Source of the DNA: a virus
Lineage: Duplodnaviria > Caudoviricetes
Reading direction: 5' to 3' (one strand)
IMG/VR virus record: IMGVR_UViG_3300028886_000035
Coordinates: 160,001 to 224,000 of that record
DNA: 64,000 nucleotides
Part shown: one piece after another, positions 61,001 through 64,000 of the stretch
Numbering within the stretch: the stretch's first letter is position 1
Layout of the letters: each line of letters opens with the position of its first letter
The notes under the pieces: generated by a model
What the model was told of the DNA's origin: nothing
The model's input: only the letters and a program-made list of their open reading frames with translations
The model's database searches: none
Translations under genes and position numbers: made by a program

Positions 61001-63767
61001 TCTCACCTCCATTATATTTTATTTTAGCATTAATAAGTCTTAACACGGTATTACCACTATCCATTTAGGATTTAGGTTCTCTTACGAAGTCGATTAAAAC
61101 TTCTACCGTTTTCACAATATGTTTCTTACTGATTAAAGTAAGCCCCATTTATCTAGGGAAGATGCTCGTCTCGCCATGTCCTAATCCTGCTTCTTGTGCA
61201 AGCAGTAAATGCTTCATAGCTAAACGTCCTTCTTCAGACGTATCTAACCCAAAATTTAAGGAACTAAATGGCACTTGAGAGCCAGCTCTCGAATTATGAA
61301 CAAAAATACAATTAGATGTTAAGAAAGTCTCATTGTCTGCAACAGACATATCATAAACATATTCTTCTTCACTATTACTTTCCGTTACTTTTTCAATAAA
61401 TAATGGATATATATGTGAAGCAGGAATGAATTTATTATCATCAATTGCTTTTGTGTCAATAATTTCTTTTTTTACACGATTAAATTTTGGTTTCCTACCA
61501 TCAATATTACGACTTAATAAATTCTTCAAAAAATCAAAATCATAATAAATATATTCTGCTCGTACATTATTTTGATTTAAATCTTTCAAATTCAAACGAT
61601 TTGCAGTATTAGAATTAAAACTAATATCATATCCATTATATGTTCCATAAGACGTTTTCCTGTTATATGTATTGTGAATATGAGACATTTCATTCATTGA
61701 CAAAATCATTAATTGAATTTGAGAACGTAACGTTTCTGAAACAGTTGTAGCCCCAATATATGTTGGTTTTATACTACCATCACATTTAAAATACCCTTCC
61801 AAAAATGCAGATTGAACTTCTTTTGTTCCAAACATAATTTGCATTGGAATTTTTTTCTCATGTGCATTTCTACCGAAATAATATTTAAATGCGTCCGACC
61901 AAACTTTACCAACATTAAATCTTATATCCTTTGGTTTACCATTAGGCATAGAATATTTATTATATGTTACTTTTTCATTATAGCATTCTTTCATTAATGA
62001 TAACAATTCTTGTTCTTTAGTTTCATCACAAGTGGTAAAGCATAATTGACTATCACCAACAATAGAACCTTCTGCAACATAATACCCTGCCAATTTACCA
62101 AAAGAAGGATTTACTACAATATGATTTTCTGTATAATTTTGTTTTGTACGTGAATGGAATTTATCTAAACTAATATCATTTTTCACATTAAAAACAAAAT
62201 TTCTTGGCATTAATACATTTGGTACACTTTCAGGATAATCTTCAGCAATTTTACCTGCGTTATTAAGATACATTACTTTATGATTGTCTGTTGTCGTAAC
62301 TGATGCTCCTGATGTTGTATGAATTGTAATCAATCTACGATGATTATTTTTTCTTTCAATATCAGTAATATCTTTTAATTCTGCTACACCTGTATTTTGA
62401 TTTAATGAAATAGCCTGATAACGACCTTTTTCATAAATCTCATGTAGTTTACCAATTTGCATTACTTTTAATTCTTCTTCTTGTTTATCATAAACAAAAA
62501 TTGTTGAAGAATATGGTAAACAATGCATCGAATTTAGATTGAAAATAACGCTTTCCATAGCTTGATGTGTTTCTTCTTCTACACGCTTACAAGCCAGCTT
62601 ATAAGCATTTTTAAATAGCTTATTTAATTCTTTATCATCTGTTAGTTTATCAATGTTTTTATCATTTTTATACGTTGGATATTCGTTCTGTTTTTGTTTC
62701 AAAATCTCGTCTACAGTATCTTCTGATACATCAGAAACCATAGCAAGGTTTTTAGCACATTCCTCAAATTCTTTCTTAAAAGAACGTCTTACACCTTCTG
62801 CCATAGCTCTATCAAAGTCCTGAATTGATTGTCCACCAAACATGTTATTCTGCGAAGATTGCAACACGATGCAAGCTAAACTTGCAGCAGAACGAATACT
62901 TTGCGGTTCTCTAATATATGAGCTACCAATTTTAAAACCGTCTTTAAATGTCTTTTGTAAATCCACCTGGAGGCAGTTGAATGTTAGCTCTGAAAAATCC
63001 TTGTCCTCTCACAGTAGACAGTTGTCTATTGCAGATTGACTATATCATCTAAGATAGGCACTTCCACATATTTTTAACATATATGTACTCCATAAATGGA
63101 TAGTCGATTAACTTAATTTACAAAAAATGTAAATGTTAGCACAGGATTCTACTTATATAAAGTCATTCCCTGTTAGCACAATTTCTAAATGTCATTTCCT
63201 ACATTTCCTATACGTAAATTGTACACCTGATATTTTATCAGTTCACCTATTTTTTTATCCACAATAAGATTCATGGATATGAATATATCCTGCTCTATGA
63301 GCATCAATATATCTCTTCGGAATAATGTAATTATCATTAAAGAAATTACTTACTGTTGTCCCATAAATTAACATTGAACCCATTGGTTCATCTGATTGAA
63401 TATTAGCATTACTACGTTTGTAATCTGATTCTTCACCAGATTGAAATGTAATATCCATCATTTTTTTCATAAGTTCTTCATGTGTATCACGAATTTTTGC
63501 GTGTTCCGAACGATAAATAATATACGATTTAGCAGTATGTTCCCAATTTGACTTCATGAGAACATTTTCCACTTCGTCTTGAATACTTTCTACTGAAGGT
63601 GCTTTTACATCTTCAAATTTTTCTTCAATCTGACTTACCATCCCCCAAATAATCGAATTATTCATTCTCTTATCTTTGGAATCATTGTTAGCTTTCTTAA
63701 TCGCATTAAATATCTTATGCGAATCGTAGTCAACAACTTTTCCATTACGTTTTCTTACTTTTTGCAA
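58021..63767 (-). CDS. nrdD: anaerobic (class III) ribonucleotide reductase, large part; exons 63767-63273, 63005-61155, 60163-60059, 59799-59723, 58933-58021; ~736 aa after intron and intein removal
   Basis: ATP cone; junctions restore IHIH|DKDF..NC, IFP|ITIF, RLFP|NF, TM|GCRT; ATPAE, YFTNS, CPSC..CPIC; probable TTG start after AGGAG; no RxxGY. Confidence 0.93.
58934..59722 (-). mobile_element. group I intron 4 (789 nt) splitting the Met codon of MGCR
   Basis: AT|G junction, P1 CCAU/GUGG, R AACGACUAUC, S GAUAUAGUC, terminal G. Confidence 0.9.
59063..59611 (-). CDS. intron-encoded NUMOD4-HNH homing endonuclease
   Basis: ELWKEI.GY...Y.ISN.G.V; HRLVA..F; VNHIDGNK.N....NLEW. Confidence 0.92.
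   Translation of the reverse strand: MQELWKEIKGYNGRYLISNFGQVKNKDGRLLIGDKNNCGYRRVCLSNPHKRFFIHRLVAYYFCNPPINYSTLVVNHIDGNKLNCRYDNLEWCTRSENDKHAFKNGLRKVHKNHYKTTWCPIIIYSDKDRNNVIREFDERKQFADYYDKSYLSVDGIIKRGYFIYKNKKFYVSTYRKTIKHIY
59800..60058 (-). mobile_element. group I intron 3 (259 nt, no ORF), sister of intron 2
   Basis: follows TTCCCT; R AACGACUAU, S AAGAGAUAGUC; terminal G. Confidence 0.9.
60164..61154 (-). mobile_element. group I intron 2 (991 nt) with endonuclease ORF
   Basis: follows TTCCCT; P1 with GGGG; R/S motifs; terminal G. Confidence 0.9.
60306..60998 (-). CDS. intron-encoded HNH-related endonuclease
   Basis: W.NML.RCY, YGG.GV.VC.RW..F..F..D, LDKD, YS..TC; GGAGGTGA RBS before ATG 60998. 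Confidence 0.8.
   Translation of the reverse strand: MNKIFKTNTGLEYKINYDYIKNGNHYYEIEFLRTHSKRTVLKQALNQGCIKDLFYPTLYGIGYMGNATSKMNKRACTLWRNMLSRCYNSHNKKDFSSYGGLGVTVCNRWHCFEYFLEDLSKIDGYNEKEFNDGILCLDKDIKQKGLLPSQKVYSLDTCMFISNEINIKYRNTEQYSKHFIAISPDNDLMIIHGIVHFCKIYNFSPGSVKLRLDKKLFKPYHGWNFFSINN
61293..62522 (-). mobile_element. intein (410 aa) with LAGLIDADG endonuclease in NrdD
   Basis: H|CLP...TTDNH (block B)...LAGYYVAEG...FLEGYFKCDG...VYDMSV...VHN|S. Confidence 0.93.
63006..63272 (-). mobile_element. group I intron 1 (267 nt, no ORF)
   Basis: P1 AUCCAU/GUGGAU; R AUCGACUAUCC; S AUGAUAUAGUC; terminal G; removal restores IHIHD. Confidence 0.9.
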
Positions 63768-64000
63768 GTGATTCACTCCTTTTGACTTGATAGAAATATT
63801 ATATCATCATTACACAATTTATTGTAGTGATTTTACATTAAAAATTCAACTTTATTTTGCGAAATGTTTCATTTTCAATAAAAAAATAAGCTAAAATTTC
63901 ATAAAAATTTCAACTTTTATATTCTTAGAAACACATGAATAATGTTTGTTTGTGATTCAATCACTAAATTTTTTATATATATTAAACGATTATGTTTAAC

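Noticed and set aside
56402-63776. Stop-codon recoding or pseudogenisation as the cause of nrdD fragmentation
   Set aside because: Every break is explained by group I intron boundaries (U at the 5' site, terminal G, P1, R/S) that restore frame and conserved motifs; genes elsewhere end normally just before terminators
1-64000. tRNA/rRNA genes, integrase, reverse transcriptase or DGR, capsid/terminase genes
   Set aside because: No supporting motifs recognised in this window

Overview
AT-rich segment of a large dsDNA bacteriophage. The host is probably an anaerobic Bacillota, judged from sigma-A-type promoters, GGAGG RBSs, class III RNR, an HPr-like gene and an FNT gene; a Negativicutes host is only a guess. 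Three zones are visible. (1) 1-6.4 kb: minus-strand Tyr/Asn/Ile-rich ORFans, most ending in Gly-Leu/Met/Val-stop, plus two long non-coding tracts with tandem and A-tract repeats. (2) 6.5-47.1 kb: a ~40 kb array of short, mostly mono- or di-cistronic units (TTGACA-N17-TATAAT promoter, RBS, small ORF, intrinsic terminator). The units are separated by about 75 hand-counted copies of one 15-bp motif, ATAAAACATTTTACA, usually in inverted pairs. The array contains paralogous, empty and decayed units and is bounded by phased A-tract repeats on the left and three G7 runs on the right. Recognisable cargo: HicA-like, SprT-like proteases, Hsp20, His-less HPr-like, RNA ligase 1, GNAT, formate/nitrite channel. 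(3) 47.3-64 kb: dCMP deaminase, amidase, coiled-coil proteins, a vapD gene lying between IscB-type IS200/IS605 ends, and a heavily invaded nrdD. The large nrdD part has 4 group I introns (two are sister copies) and a LAGLIDADG intein. Its glycyl-radical domain is a separate mini-gene beyond a GIY-YIG ORF and is interrupted by a fifth intron right after the radical Gly codon. No tRNA, rRNA, CRISPR array or integrase was seen. All family assignments come from motif recognition by eye, with no database search.
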